A DNA stretch of 64,000 nt from Lama guanicoe (Eukaryota), in contig MU055609.1 of NCBI GenBank assembly GCA_013239625.1, forward strand, positions 14,954,375 through 15,018,374. Direction: 5' to 3'. Position 1 is the first letter of the stretch. Each line of letters starts with the position of its first letter. Positions 49,001-60,677 of the stretch are shown one piece after another. The position numbers were made by a program, and so were the translations under genes. Below the pieces are notes generated by a model. It was not told the DNA's origin and made no database searches. It saw only the letters and a program-made list of their open reading frames with translations.

Positions 49001-51606
49001 ACGATTCAGAGTCTCTGTCTTCACGTTTCTGCTCTGTTCAATCTGTCCCACTTCCTTCCTTCCCTAAAGGGAAGTCTGTGATGGGCCTTTGGTATGAATC
49101 AGGCTCCAGCAATTGGGGCCAAGTCTTGGTGTGACAGAGGGGGTGTGATCCTTCAGGAAAGAACCATCTCCCAAACTACTCCCCATCCAGTCTCTCCCAT
49201 CACCCCGCACTCCTAGGAAAGGAGCTCTCGGGAGGCTGTCAGTAATGCCGCAAGCCCCAGGCACTGCCAGCATTTCAGGGGGCCGACAGAGGGGGCATCC
49301 CCACAGCTCATCACTCGTGGGATCACTGGGCTCCCAGGGACGTGACCCCCACCAGGGCAAGCATGCCTGAGCTCTTCTTTCACTGCCAGCCTTGAGGAGT
49401 GCAGAAGCCCCCAACCCCTTTTAAAGACAACAGAGCCCTCCAAGGGTACTTCTTTGGAAATGAAATGTAGCACAATCTTAGACTGAGTTACCAGGAGCCC
49501 TGACCTGTAACCAGGGCTCTTGCTCTGCACCCTGCTGCCCAGGAGATGCCGTGCTCCTCCCCCCACCTCCCCGGGGCTCCAGTGCTCCGGATACCTCCAA
49601 TTCCCCATCTTCCTCAGCCCAGAAAGCAGCAGGGCTTCAGGAAGGCTGCTCTTCTGCTTCTCTGATTGATTCCTGCACTGTGCAAACCCCATGCAAGAAA
49701 TTGCTGCCTTTGCGTGATGGTGGAGAGTGGTGGTGCATCCTTCGCAGCCAGGAGGTGGTCCAGCGGGATTTCTGCTGTGGCTGCAAGAAGAGGGTAAAGA
49801 GGCCTGCCCTGCCAACTCCTCCCCTTCTCTTCCTCTCCCTGGTGTTTTCTTCTCCAATATCCTGACACGGAAAGAGGTTCTTGAAAATGCTGCTTCCTGT
49901 CCTGGATTACCGTTCACTGAATGATCAGGGAGGAGCCCGGAATGTAGACTCCTCACCCGCCTTCTCCCTCAAGTCTGCTTTTCACTCAGGTCAGAAGAGA
50001 TGGGGAAAAACAAAACAAAGCAATCATGACTGAAGGGCAGGGGACCCCTGCCCGATCCGGTGAGGCCTGATGGGGGCTGGATCAGCCCAGGGTTATTTTG
50101 AAAGAGTGCCTGAGCATCTCAGAGCAATGTCACTGATGCCAAAGAGAGCAACTTGGCCTCCTCGGGCACCAGCTCTGCCGGCTGAGCTGCACACGTGTGG
50201 CTCAGGCATCGGCCTGCCTGATGGTGGAACCCTGTTCTCTGAAAAAGGGCTTAATCTTTCCATGTAGCAAAGCAACTCCCCCGTCCCCTTGACCCTGAAC
50301 TTGGGCTGTTGTGGGCACAGCAAGGCTGTGCCTGTGAGGGAAACTTGCATTCTCACAGGGGCCCAGACTGGCTTGGGGCGGATGCTCATCAAAAAGCATG
50401 AGTGTTACTGTTTGGGGAAAACCTTCCTGGGCTCTGGTTGGAAACTTGGCCAGTAAGGCCAGGAGCCTTGAGCCTCCTAAGGAGTTCACACTGATGCCAG
50501 AAGGGTCCTTGGGACTAGGTTCCAGAGAGCTTGGCAAACAGAAATGGGCCCTGGGAATTCCAGGGGCAGCAGAGCATCTGTCCCAATGGTCAATGCCCTG
50601 GACAGCTGGCTGCAGAGAATCGAAGGCTCTAACATACAGTCACACAGTTTTGCCAGAAACTGTGACCTTGTGCAAGGCTCCTCCCTTTTCTGGGCCTCAA
50701 CTTCCTCATCTGCAAAACCAGAGCATTTGCTAGTTACTCCAGGGTTCCCCTCTAGGTTTCAAAAGTCTGATCTGGAGCTGATGAGGGTTGTGAGCCTGGT
50801 GCACCTGGCACCCGGTTCCACGGGCTGGTTCCCTCCAGCCCTAGGTGCCCTCAGCTGGGTGCAGGTCCTCAACTGTCCATGCCCAGATGCTGCTTCCGAG
50901 AAGAACTCTGGGAATCCTACCAGACTGTGCTTCCACATCTTCGTGGTTCGTTGCTCCTCTCTTCCTGTATAATGATGAGACATAATTAAGGGTTGTCTAC
51001 AATGGACAATTTCCAAGGTGCTGATGTGACGTCGCAGCCTCAGCTGCACCTGCGTAGGTCAGTATCCCCACCAGCAGACGAGGCTGGGTTGGTCCTCATT
51101 TCTGCTTCTAGAATGACATAAGTGGGAGAATCTTAAAGGAAATGCTCTCTGATGGGAGGAGAGAGGGAACCTATTTCCCTTCAAAGTATTTTGCTTCTTA
51201 AACATCACTCTTCTCTCCAGCATGTCTTTTACCAGACACCATCTCAGCAGGCAGAGTGGCTGCTTTCTTAGGAAAAGTTGGCCTGATTGTTCTATCTATT
51301 CCTTTAGAATGTAAATTCACAAGCAGCAGGAACCCCTTTTTTAGAATTTCCAAATGCATCCTGCAGAGAGAGAGAGCTGATAGGGCTGACAAGCACACTG
51401 TTTAGATAAGCAGTTAGCCTTTTATATCTGCGCTCTCTACATTTTCTATGTGCAGCTTCTTTCCAAACTCGCTGTGGCTCCCAGGTGGCAGGTGGACGGC
51501 TGGGCAGGACGGCCAGCTGTTTCTTAACAACATTCTTGCCAATTCCCTTGAGGAGAAAATTCTTCACATGGCTTCTGCATGTACAGTATTTGGGCAGCAA
51601 AAAATG

Positions 51607-51612
51607 ATTAAA
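51607..51612 (+). terminator. Polyadenylation signal ATTAAA
   Basis: Upstream TGTA (51580) and downstream GT/T-rich element (ggttttatgtgttgctttct); I spotted no AATAAA earlier in the UTR. Confidence 0.65.
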
Positions 51613-52459
51613 GTCAGTTTGAAAATGGTTTTATGTGTTGCTTTCTGAAGACAGTTCTTGATTCTAGGGAAGAGAAAATGGGGTTGCAGGTGACTAAAGG
51701 AGGAAGGAAGATGCCTTGGCTGAGAGGCAGGACAGAGAATTACATCTCAGAAAAAGGCCTGAAAGATCAGACCTGGGCCTCTGACTCCTCTTTGGGAACT
51801 CTGTTGCCACAGTGATGTCATTGGGCCATGAAATCTGACTGTTTCAGGCAGCTTACAGGCTTCAAAGCCTTCTCTTCTCACAGATTCCACAAGAGGTGCC
51901 CAGAGCCAACTAGAGGGGACGATAAGATGGAGCTAAGGCCACTGCTTTCAACCCACTGTTTCTTCCTGAGCTCTTGGTTCCAGCAGCTCTGCTCAGGCAT
52001 GTGGCTGGGGCAGTCTTGCTTATTTCAGCCACACCTGATACAAACAGTAGACATAGCCATTGACCTCCAGTGCCGTGAACTACAGCAATCATTGACCCCT
52101 GGAATAACCCTTCCCCTCCCTGCCTCAGGGAGGGTCACTTAGTCACTTATGGGCAGTGCCATTGTCCTCCTAGGACTGGGCCTAGGAGTACAGAAGATGG
52201 ACAAAATATAGCAATGTCATAGCACATGCTTCCCCCAGCCCAAGAGTCCTCCAGTGTGGCCTCCCCTGCTCTGGCCCTGGCCCTTGGCCTTGCAGTTCCA
52301 GTGAGCACCATTCCTTGGGGGAAAGCTCAGGAGACCAATACGTAAGCTCTGGTGCTCCCAAGGGTTCTGTTTCTTCTTTTCCGTTCTGCTCTTCCTGAGC
52401 TATCCCATACACTCTCATGAGTTTAAGAACTTTTCTGCTTCTAACCAGCAAAATTCTTT

Positions 52460-55040
52460 CAAAAAAAACAACAAAAACAAAACAGAAAAAGACAAAAGGA
52501 CAGACAAAATCTGAGATCCAGAGGAAGAAATTCTAAAGGATGTTCTTCAGACAGAAGGACTATGGTACATGACTTACAGGGAATTTATTGGGGGATTAGC
52601 ATGAGGTCATATGTTTAAAGTGCTCAGAACAGGGCCTGGCAGATAGCATTTACAGTGTTTGCTATTGTTAAGGAAATGATCCTAGATGGAAGGGCTGAAA
52701 TTAAGAAAGTGAGCAAAAGATGAAAGTTTTAAAAATTAGTAAATATTAACATACAGATTATAAAACTATAATAATGCTTAATTTTTAAAGTTAAAAAATA
52801 TAGTCATGAACTAAAAATATTGGAGAATGATCGCATATAAATTGATCCTTAGAATGTTCTTGAGGAGGCTAAAGACACTGAATAACCTCAATCTTCCTTA
52901 AGTATCCATGCTAAAATCTAGAGTAAATACTAAGAAAATAGAATCAGGCACAAAAAACCTAAATACAAACTATGAAATCCAACAGTGTATTAAAAAATAA
53001 TACATGTGAACTAACTATACTTTAATAAAAAAATAAAGATAAGAGTGGATTCCTGGATTTAAAAAAGCAATAATACATCATAATTAACTGGTATTTACCC
53101 CAGGAATGCAAGGGTGGGTCATTAGAAAAATTCATCACTGTAATTCACTACATCTGTGGACTAAAGGAGAAAAAATTATAATTATCCTAATGCAGAAAAA
53201 GCATTTTATAGAATTTAATCCTATTTATAATAAAACTTCTGGCAAATGGAAGATTAATTTGATAAGAGTCATATACCAAAAAGCCTATAGCAAATGTTAC
53301 TGAACATACTTGACATTCTCTTTAAGATGAATGCAAGGAGAATCAGTGATGTTTCTTGGACCTGTCAGAACTGATGTTTCAAGGCAAACTGCTACCTTGA
53401 AATCTGGAGAGACAAGCACATATAGAGAATTAGAGCTAATATATGCTTACCAGGAGAACCCACTGGAGCCAAAAACTGATGAGAATGCTTAAGTGTTAAT
53501 ATTAACAAATCGATGGAGGCTGAGTGTGGACTAATTTGAGAATGACAAATAACTGGGGGCTGTGGTCTTGGGAAGGCAGCATACTTATATGGGTTTGTCT
53601 CTCTGGGTACCCACAGTAAAGATCTGAGAAAGATCTAGTGGTTTTATCAGGAGGAGGGAAAGAGAAATAGTTCTGAAGCACCTCCAGAGCTTCCTCAGTA
53701 GCAAAGGCTTACTCTCCAAGGGAAACACAACCAGAGTCACCTGGAGAAGGGCATTTTCCCCTCTCTGGGGTCCTCTAGATTTCCTCTCCCACCTGAGGAG
53801 AGAAGAAAAGTAAAGCACCTGTGAAAGTCACAACACAGGGAAACAGACCCATTAAAAGAATGAGATGCAATCATAGCATGATACAGTGCTTCCTCTGTCC
53901 CACGACTTACCCCCATATGAACAGGGATCTAGTGCGTTACTGTTGGAATAACTGCAAGACACATCCTCTGAAAGAAGTTCTTAGGGAAGCCCCAAATCAA
54001 TAGGGGAGATAAAAATAAGGTCACTAGAGAAAGTTGAAATCTAAGACACCTATAGCTACATTAAATACAGCCTAACTCCTAGCCAGACTAACAAAACCAC
54101 ACCATTACAACATATTTACCTCAGTTCCTGTTACCCAATATACCCCATTGCCCAATACATCATGTCCAGCTTTAGATAAAATAGTACACATATTAAAGGC
54201 AAGAAAAAAAAACACAGTCTGAAAGGAAAAAGCAAGTTGTGGAGCCAGCATCAGTTGTGACACACACTGGATTTATTAGGCAGGAAATTTAAAATAACTA
54301 CTATTAATATGTGAAGGGCTCTAATGAAAAAGTAGACAACATGCAAGAACAGATGAGTAAAGCAAGCAGGTAGAGAAGACTAGGCAATCAAAAGCCTGGT
54401 AAAAGTCAAAATAAGTGAGCAGAAGTGAAAAATGTCCTCGATAGTCTCATCATTAGATGGGACATGGTCAAGGAAAGAATCAGTGAGCTTGGGAGACAGG
54501 ACAATAGAAACTTTCCATACTGAAATGAAAAGAAAAAATAGTGAAAATACCAGAATGGAACATCTAAGAACTGTTGGCAATTTCTAAAAGGTATAACATG
54601 AGTATATTGGGAATACCAAAGAAGAAAAATAGAGTAGAAATATTTGAAATTTATAATAGCCAAGAATTTTCCAAAATTAATGACAGACACCAAACCACAG
54701 ATCTAGGAAGCTCAGAGAACACCAGTCAGGAAAGATACCAATTTATACCTAAGACTTCTATGGAGAGAATTTTCAAACTCTAATAGAAGAGTTGATGATC
54801 CTAATGAAGAGACATTCCCTGTTGTTGGGTAGACAGTTTAATATAAAGATATTAACTCTCCCTAAATTAATCTATAAGTTCAATGTAGTCTAAAAATTTC
54901 AGTTTGTATGTTAACTAAACTTACTCTACAACTTACATGCAATAATGTTAGTCTATGAATGGTTAAATCAACTTCTGTTTAAAAAAGGGAACAGATGGGC
55001 ACATTTATATCTGGGAAATTAATATCTGACAAAAGAGGCA
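52460..55040 (+). mobile_element. Old degraded L1 fragments
   Basis: A-rich, with recognisable L1 ORF1/ORF2 remnants (ccaggaatgcaagggtggg; gaattttccaaaattaatgacagacaccaaaccacagatc). Confidence 0.6.
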
Positions 55041-55058
55041 CCTTAAAACAGTGGGGGA

Positions 55059-56127
55059 AAAGAATATACAAACAGCTTATACAACTTAATAACAAAAAAC
55101 ACCCAAACAATCCAATCCGAAAATGGGCAGAAGACCTAAACAAGCATTTCTCCAAAGACATAAAAGTGGCCAATAAGGACATGGAAGAATGCTCAATATC
55201 ACTTATTATCAGAGAAATGCAAAGCAAAACTCCAATGAGGTATCACCTCACACCAGTCAGAATGACCATCATTAAAAAGTTCACAAATGATAAATGCTGG
55301 AGAGGGAGTGGAGAAAAGGGAACCCCCTCCCCATGCTGTTGGTGGGAATGTACTTTCGCGGAGCCATTATGGAAAACAGTATGGAGGATTCCTTAAAAAG
55401 CTAAAAATAGACTTACCATATGATCCAGCAATCCCCCTCCTGAGCATATATCTGGAGGAAGCTCTAATTTGAAAAGATACATGCACCCCAATGTTCATAA
55501 CAGCACTATTCACATTAGCCAAGACATGGAAGCAACCTAAATGTCCATCGACAGATGACTGGATAAAGAAGTTGTGGAGGGAGGGTGTTTGTGTATATAT
55601 ATACACAATGAAATACTACTCAACCATAAAAAAGGAAAAATAATTCCATTTGCATCATCATGGATGGACCTGGAGGTTGTTATACTAAGTGAAGTCAGAC
55701 AGAGAAAGAAATATTATGATATCGCTTACAGGCGGAATGAACTTATTTACAAGACAGAAGCAAACTCACAGACATAGAAAACAAATTTTGAGTTACCAGG
55801 GGGAAGGGAGGTGGGAAGGGATGAGGTGGGAAGGGATAAGTTGAGATTTGCAGATACCAACTACTATATATAAAATAAACAAGTTTCTACTGTACATATA
55901 GCACAGGGAATTATATTCAATATTTTATAGTAACCTATAATAAAAACGAATATGGAAACAAATATATCTATGTATATGTATAACTGAAACATTATGCTGT
56001 ACACCAGAAATTGACACAACATTGTAAACTGAATATTCCTCAATAAAAAAAAAATAAAATAAAAAATAAAAAGCCTTGGCAAGAGCCGTGGGCTTTAATT
56101 TAAAAAAAAAACAATTAAATTAAAAAA
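55059..56127 (+). mobile_element. 5'-truncated L1 (ORF2 C-terminus + 3'UTR + poly(A)) with TSD
   Basis: ORF 54995-55396 contains L1 ORF2 C-terminal motifs ([12 protein letters not shown]...[10 protein letters not shown]); TSD AAAACAGTGGGG at 55045-55056 and 56128-56139. Confidence 0.92.
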
Positions 56128-56205
56128 AAAACAGTGGGGAGAAATGTATGGTTCAAAATATTAGAAAAACTGGTTCACCATCTGGAAAAAAGAAATTCCT
56201 ACCAT

Positions 56206-56612
56206 TGTGCTTTGTAAGCCTTGTGGTTGCCCAGCCTCCAGATGGGAGAGAGAGCCTGGAGATAGTGACAGAGACATAAATGGTTTATTGGAAAGAAGAT
56301 CTTACACGATCGAAGCAAAAGGTCCTGGAGAAACTCCCCACGGGGTATGACAGACAGCAAGCAGGACAGGGCAGCAGTCTGCTACTTGGGGGAGAAGGAG
56401 GCTACTACCATTTATAGGGAGAATTGACGTCAGATTGGCTCATTAGTTACCAAGGAAACCAGCGGCTGGGGCAGGAATCAGGCATGTAGGCAGTTACTGA
56501 TCAAGCTCTATAATTAAGAGGATGGAATAGCCATGTGAGTGAAGCAGGGACTGGTCGAGCAGGGGATGTACAGAGAGCAGGAGGACAGCCATCTGAGTGG
56601 CCTGACCCTCCA
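56206..56612 (-). mobile_element. ERV 3' LTR
   Basis: Aligns with the 5' LTR (roughly 80-87% by eye); preceded by purine-rich AGGGGTGGAG; TATAAA (56411-56416) and AATAAA (56284-56289) on the minus strand; termini slightly eroded. Confidence 0.85.
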
Positions 56613-57540
56613 CCCCTGTGCACCCTGTATGACCCTAACAGTCCTGGTCCACCCCTCTTCCACAATATCCCTGGCATCAGGTATGTAGGGGGCACTGCAA
56701 CCAAATGCCACCAATGCAATACAGACAGCAGCAGCTGAAAAGAGTATCAAGAGTAGGACACCTAGTATGCTAACAATAGGGACTCGCCAAGAAGTGGGCA
56801 ATTTTAGAGCCAGGCACTTGGCATGTGGGACAGGAGAAAGGTGAGAGTCCTCAGTCGTCCCCACATGGTCTCATTAGTTAGGCTGATTTTCTATGGAAAC
56901 TCACTGTAGACCTAGCAATCAGACACATTTCCAAGAGAGGCCACCATTGTCGCCCAGTCTGCAAACAGATTCCCTCCACCCAGGCGTGGGATGAAATCTG
57001 AGATGTTTAACAGGCACATTACAGGGCTGACCATTACGCAGTACAGATATGACCATTATGCAAAGCACAAGCAGTAAAACCATTCTGCAATACCACCACC
57101 CTGCCTGTGGTTTTTGTCCTGGTGTGCAATACCATACCATATCACCTGTCCACCCTCAGCCCCCATAGCCTGTGCCAAGCACTGGAGAGGTGACAGAACA
57201 ATGGACCCCAGGGTTAATATAATGGTGCCTTCTCCGGTAGGGAGCCCAGAATAATTACATTAGTAGTCGTAGGTGGGACCACATAGAAGACAGGTGAAAT
57301 CTGTAAGCGTCTTTCCTGTTCCCCATGACAAACCCAAACCACCGGGGCTTTACCTGCCAGTTCTAGGGCCCTTTTATAATGTGTCCCCCTGGGGGGTGGA
57401 TCCTTTGGTGGGGACGAAAGTGAGCTGTTGTCCTGACCGTAGTGTGTAAGCCCTGGGACGACAGCTCCAGGGATGCTCAGTTATCGTTGGGAGGACTTGA
57501 GTGAGCCTCCTGGTCCACGTGGTGAGAGAACAGGTTTCCT

Positions 57541-57965
57541 ACCTCAGCTGTTGTTTAAGTAGTTCATTCATCCTTTCACTTAGCCCGGCAGCAGGGGGGT
57601 TGTAAGGCAGGTGGAAATCCTAAGTGTATGTTATTTTTATCAGTCTGTTCCTGAACTTCATGGCCAGTGAAGTGGTTCCTTGGTGGCTGTCCATGGAGTC
57701 CCTATGTCACATACAGCTGTTCTAGACCCTAAACAGTGGGTTTTGGCATTGCTTGACCACTCAGGTAGACCTTTTGTAATGTCTTCCACCTGTAATGCAT
57801 CATAATGGCATATAGCTGTTGTTCCATCACACCGTATCATTGCTCACCCCTTCCAGAGCTGGGACCAGAAGCTCAAGGATACTCTTATTATTTTGCCGTT
57901 GCCACAGCCTCCAACAAAACCCTTTTGGGTAACTGGCCACGTCCAATTCACAAGCCTGTCCTTGA
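57541..57965 (-). pseudogene. ERV pol remnant (RT connection region joined to integrase core)
   Basis: Hand translation gives class III-type motifs with frameshifts and a stop. Confidence 0.8.
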
Positions 57966-58312
57966 GTTAATATCCCCAAAGCCTGTGTCTGTAGTTGTTC
58001 AGGGGTGGCGTGTCAGGGGTATGCTAGTATTTTGTAGATAATCCAGGTCCTTGTGTTCTGTCTGTATTCACCAGCCATTCTCACGTAGTCAGGTAAACCC
58101 TGAGCAAGGGGTTGCTACTTTTAAACTGGAAAGAGACCCTGAGGTTAACAGGACATGATCAATATAATAGGAGACAAAGACCCCTCTCACGGCAGTCAGC
58201 TGCCACAGGGCCCCACGTGCTAGTGGACGGCCGCCTCGGGATTACTCTGCAACTTTCTGGTCCTTGCCCTTATTTCCCCACATCTCGGCACACTCCTGGG
58301 AGTTTCCTCGGC

Positions 58313-58330
58313 CTCCTGGCTGGCTCACCA
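58313..58330 (-). other. ERV primer-binding site, tRNA-Arg(ACG)
   Basis: TGGTGAGCCAGCCAGGAG, 17/18 to the complement of the tRNA-Arg(ACG) 3' end (TGGCGAGCCAGCCAGGAG); the mismatch is a CpG decay. Confidence 0.8.
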
Positions 58331-58332
58331 GT

Positions 58333-58754
58333 TGTTGGGCTGCATCCCGCAGGCCTGCAAGCCTTGTAGTTGCCCAGCCTCGAGATGGAAGAAAGAGCCC
58401 AGAGACAGCAGCAGAGACACCAACAGCTTATTGGTTAGGGGATCTTACACATCTGAAGCAAAGGGTCCTGGAGTGACACCCCTCCGTGCACCACAGAGGG
58501 CAGGCAGGACAGGGCAGCAATCTTTGCTACTCAGGGGAGAGGGTGGCTACCATTTATAGGGGGAATTGACGGCAGGTTGGCTCATCAGTTACCAGGGAAA
58601 CCAGCAGCTGGGGGAGGTGGCAAGCACGTAGGCAGTTACTGATCAGCCCTGTAATTAAGAGGATTGGATAGTCCTGTGAGTGAGGCAGGGCCTGGTTGAG
58701 CAGGGGATGTACAGAGAGCAGGAGAACAGCCATCTTGAGTGGCTTGACCCGACA
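58333..58754 (-). mobile_element. ERV 5' LTR (422 bp)
   Basis: Minus strand begins TGTCGGG and ends CCCAACA, followed after 2 nt by the PBS; contains TATAAA. Confidence 0.88.
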
Positions 58755-59413
58755 CCCACCCAAACCAAGTTACAAAGATAAGCCCTAGATGGGTTAATAG
58801 ACCCAAATTGAAAGGCCAACTGTAAAGATAATTTTTAAAAATGTAAAAGAAAGAGTTTTTGTGAACTAAGGGCAAGGAAGAACTTTTAATATTTCAAAAG
58901 CACAAATTATACATTAAAAACTGTGTACTGGGATTACATTGAAAGTAAAGATTTCTATTTAACGAACGGTGTCATGGACAGAAGTTAAACAGATTGCAGA
59001 ATGATAATTGACAGTGTCAAGAAACAGCAAGTGATTAATAGTTAGAATATACGAGGAAGTCCTGCAAATCAACAATAAAAGGGTAATAACTTCAGTGGAA
59101 AAAACGAGCCAAGGAAATAAACAGGCAAAGTCCAAATGTTAATAAGCACATGAAAATAACCTCAGAATCATAATCAGAGAAATGCAAATTAAGGCAGTAA
59201 TGAGATATCACTTCATACTAGTAATGACCGACTGGCAAAAATTAGAAAACTGGATACTGCCAAGTGATGTCAAGGATATGGAGGTTCAACTGGTACAGCC
59301 ATTTTGGAGAGCAAGACAATTATACGCAGACCCTATGACCAATGAATTTGTGCATTGATCGACTAAAGGGACATGTACAAGGGCTATTCATTGTAGCAGT
59401 ACTTGTGGTGAAA

Positions 59414-59660
59414 TGTGGCAGGCCAAATAATGGCCCCCTAAAGACATCCACATAAAACGCCCAGAACCTGTGAAAATGTTCATTTACATGGCAAAAGGGA
59501 CTTTGCAGATATGACTAAATGAAGCACTTTGAGATAGGGAGATTATCCTGCATTACGTGGGTGGGCCCATTCTAATCACTTGGGTCTTTAAAAGTGGAAA
59601 ACTTTTCAGCTGTAGTCAAAAGGAGATGCGATGGCAGAAGAATGATTGGAGAGATGTGGT
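59414..59660 (+). mobile_element. MaLR LTR fragment (MLT1D/E-like)
   Basis: tgtggcaggccaaataatggcccc...ggcaaaagggactttgcagat...gggagattatcctg. Confidence 0.75.
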
Positions 59661-59878
59661 GTGACAGAAATTAAAGACATAAATATACGGAGAGTTAGTC
59701 ATACCCTGTTCATGGATTGAAACACACAATATTGTTAAGATGTCAATTCTTCTCAAGTTTACCTCTGGAGTCAACACACTTTCAGTAAAAATTCCAGCAG
59801 GCTTTTGGACGAAATTGACATACCAGTACTAAAATTTATGTGGAAATGCAAAAGACCTTGAAAAGTAAAAGCAATTTT

Positions 59879-60391
59879 TAAAAATTTATGTATTTATTTC
59901 ACAATATCACATTTTAAAAGTTGAAGTATAGTTGATGTACAATATTATGTACAAGAATATAGTAACTCACAATTTTTAAAGGTTATACTCCATTTATAGT
60001 TATTGTAAAATATTGGCTATATTCCCCATGTTGTACAGCACATCCTTGTAGCTTTATTTTGTTTTATACCTGATAGTTTGTACCTCTTAATCTTCCACCT
60101 CCATCTTGCCCCTCCCCTCCCCTCTCCCCACTGGTAACCACTAGTTCCTTCTCTGCATCTGTGAGTCTGTTTCTTTCCTGTTATATTCACTAGTTTGTTG
60201 TATTTTTTTAGATTCCACATGTAAGTGATATCTTACAGTATTTGACTTTCTCTGTATGACTTATTTCACTTAGCACAATTCCCTCCAAATCCATCCATGC
60301 TATCATACAACATTTAAAATTAACTGTTCGTCAATGAAAAAGCAAACGAACAACAATCCAACCCATTTAAAATATGGGCAGAAGAACTGAA
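59879..60391 (-). mobile_element. L1 3' fragment with 5' inversion (twin priming)
   Basis: Minus-strand L1 3' end 59879-60302, then plus-strand ORF2 piece 60303-60391; TSD G(T/C)AAAAGCAATTTT at 59865-59878 and 60392-60405. Confidence 0.75.
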
Positions 60392-60537
60392 GCAAAAGCA
60401 ATTTTGAAAAGGAAGAACCGAGTTGGAAGACTTATGTTACCTGACTGCAAGACTGACTATGAGGTAACAATGGTACTGGCATAAGGATTGATCAATGGAA
60501 CAGAGAACTGTGTGGAAACAGACTTACACATGGCCGA

Positions 60538-60677
60538 TTTTTTTTTTAATTTTAACTTTTTTGGGGGGGGATAATGAGGTTTATTTCTTGTTTATTTAAT
60601 GGAAGTACTAGGAATTGAACCCAGGATTTTGTGCATGTTAAGCATGCACTCTACTGCTGAGCTATACCCTCCCCCCC
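60538..60677 (-). mobile_element. vic-1-type SINE
   Basis: attgaacccagg...agcatgcactctactgctgagctataccctcccc with T-rich tail. Confidence 0.85.

Larger units (their letters stand above)
45828..51632 (+). other. RIMS3: RIMS3 long 3'UTR (~5.8 kb; end approximate)
   Basis: Nearly repeat-free stretch after the stop, ending at a poly(A) signal; repeat density rises sharply after ~52.4 kb. Confidence 0.7.
56206..58754 (-). mobile_element. Internally deleted endogenous retrovirus (class III / ERV-S-like), two LTRs
   Basis: Direct repeats ~56206-56612 and 58333-58754. PBS at 58313-58330. Frameshifted pol remnants (ELDVASYPKGFCWRLWQ, FWSQLWKG, MEQQLYAI; integrase DSHQGT/HFTG, FHLPYNPPAAGLSERMNELLKQQL). 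Env-like TM anchor remnant. Confidence 0.9.

Noticed and set aside
46056-49956. Several 140-250 aa ORFs in the 3'UTR region (e.g. 49213-49956 minus)
   Set aside because: No homology or domain recognisable, no splice structure; consistent with chance ORFs in GC-rich UTR
54995-55396. 133-aa ORF as a host gene
   Set aside because: It is L1 ORF2 C-terminal sequence read in from the flank
56195-58762. Target-site duplication of the ERV
   Set aside because: Flanks (cctaccat vs cccacc) give no clean 4-6 bp match and the 3' LTR end is eroded, so no TSD is claimed
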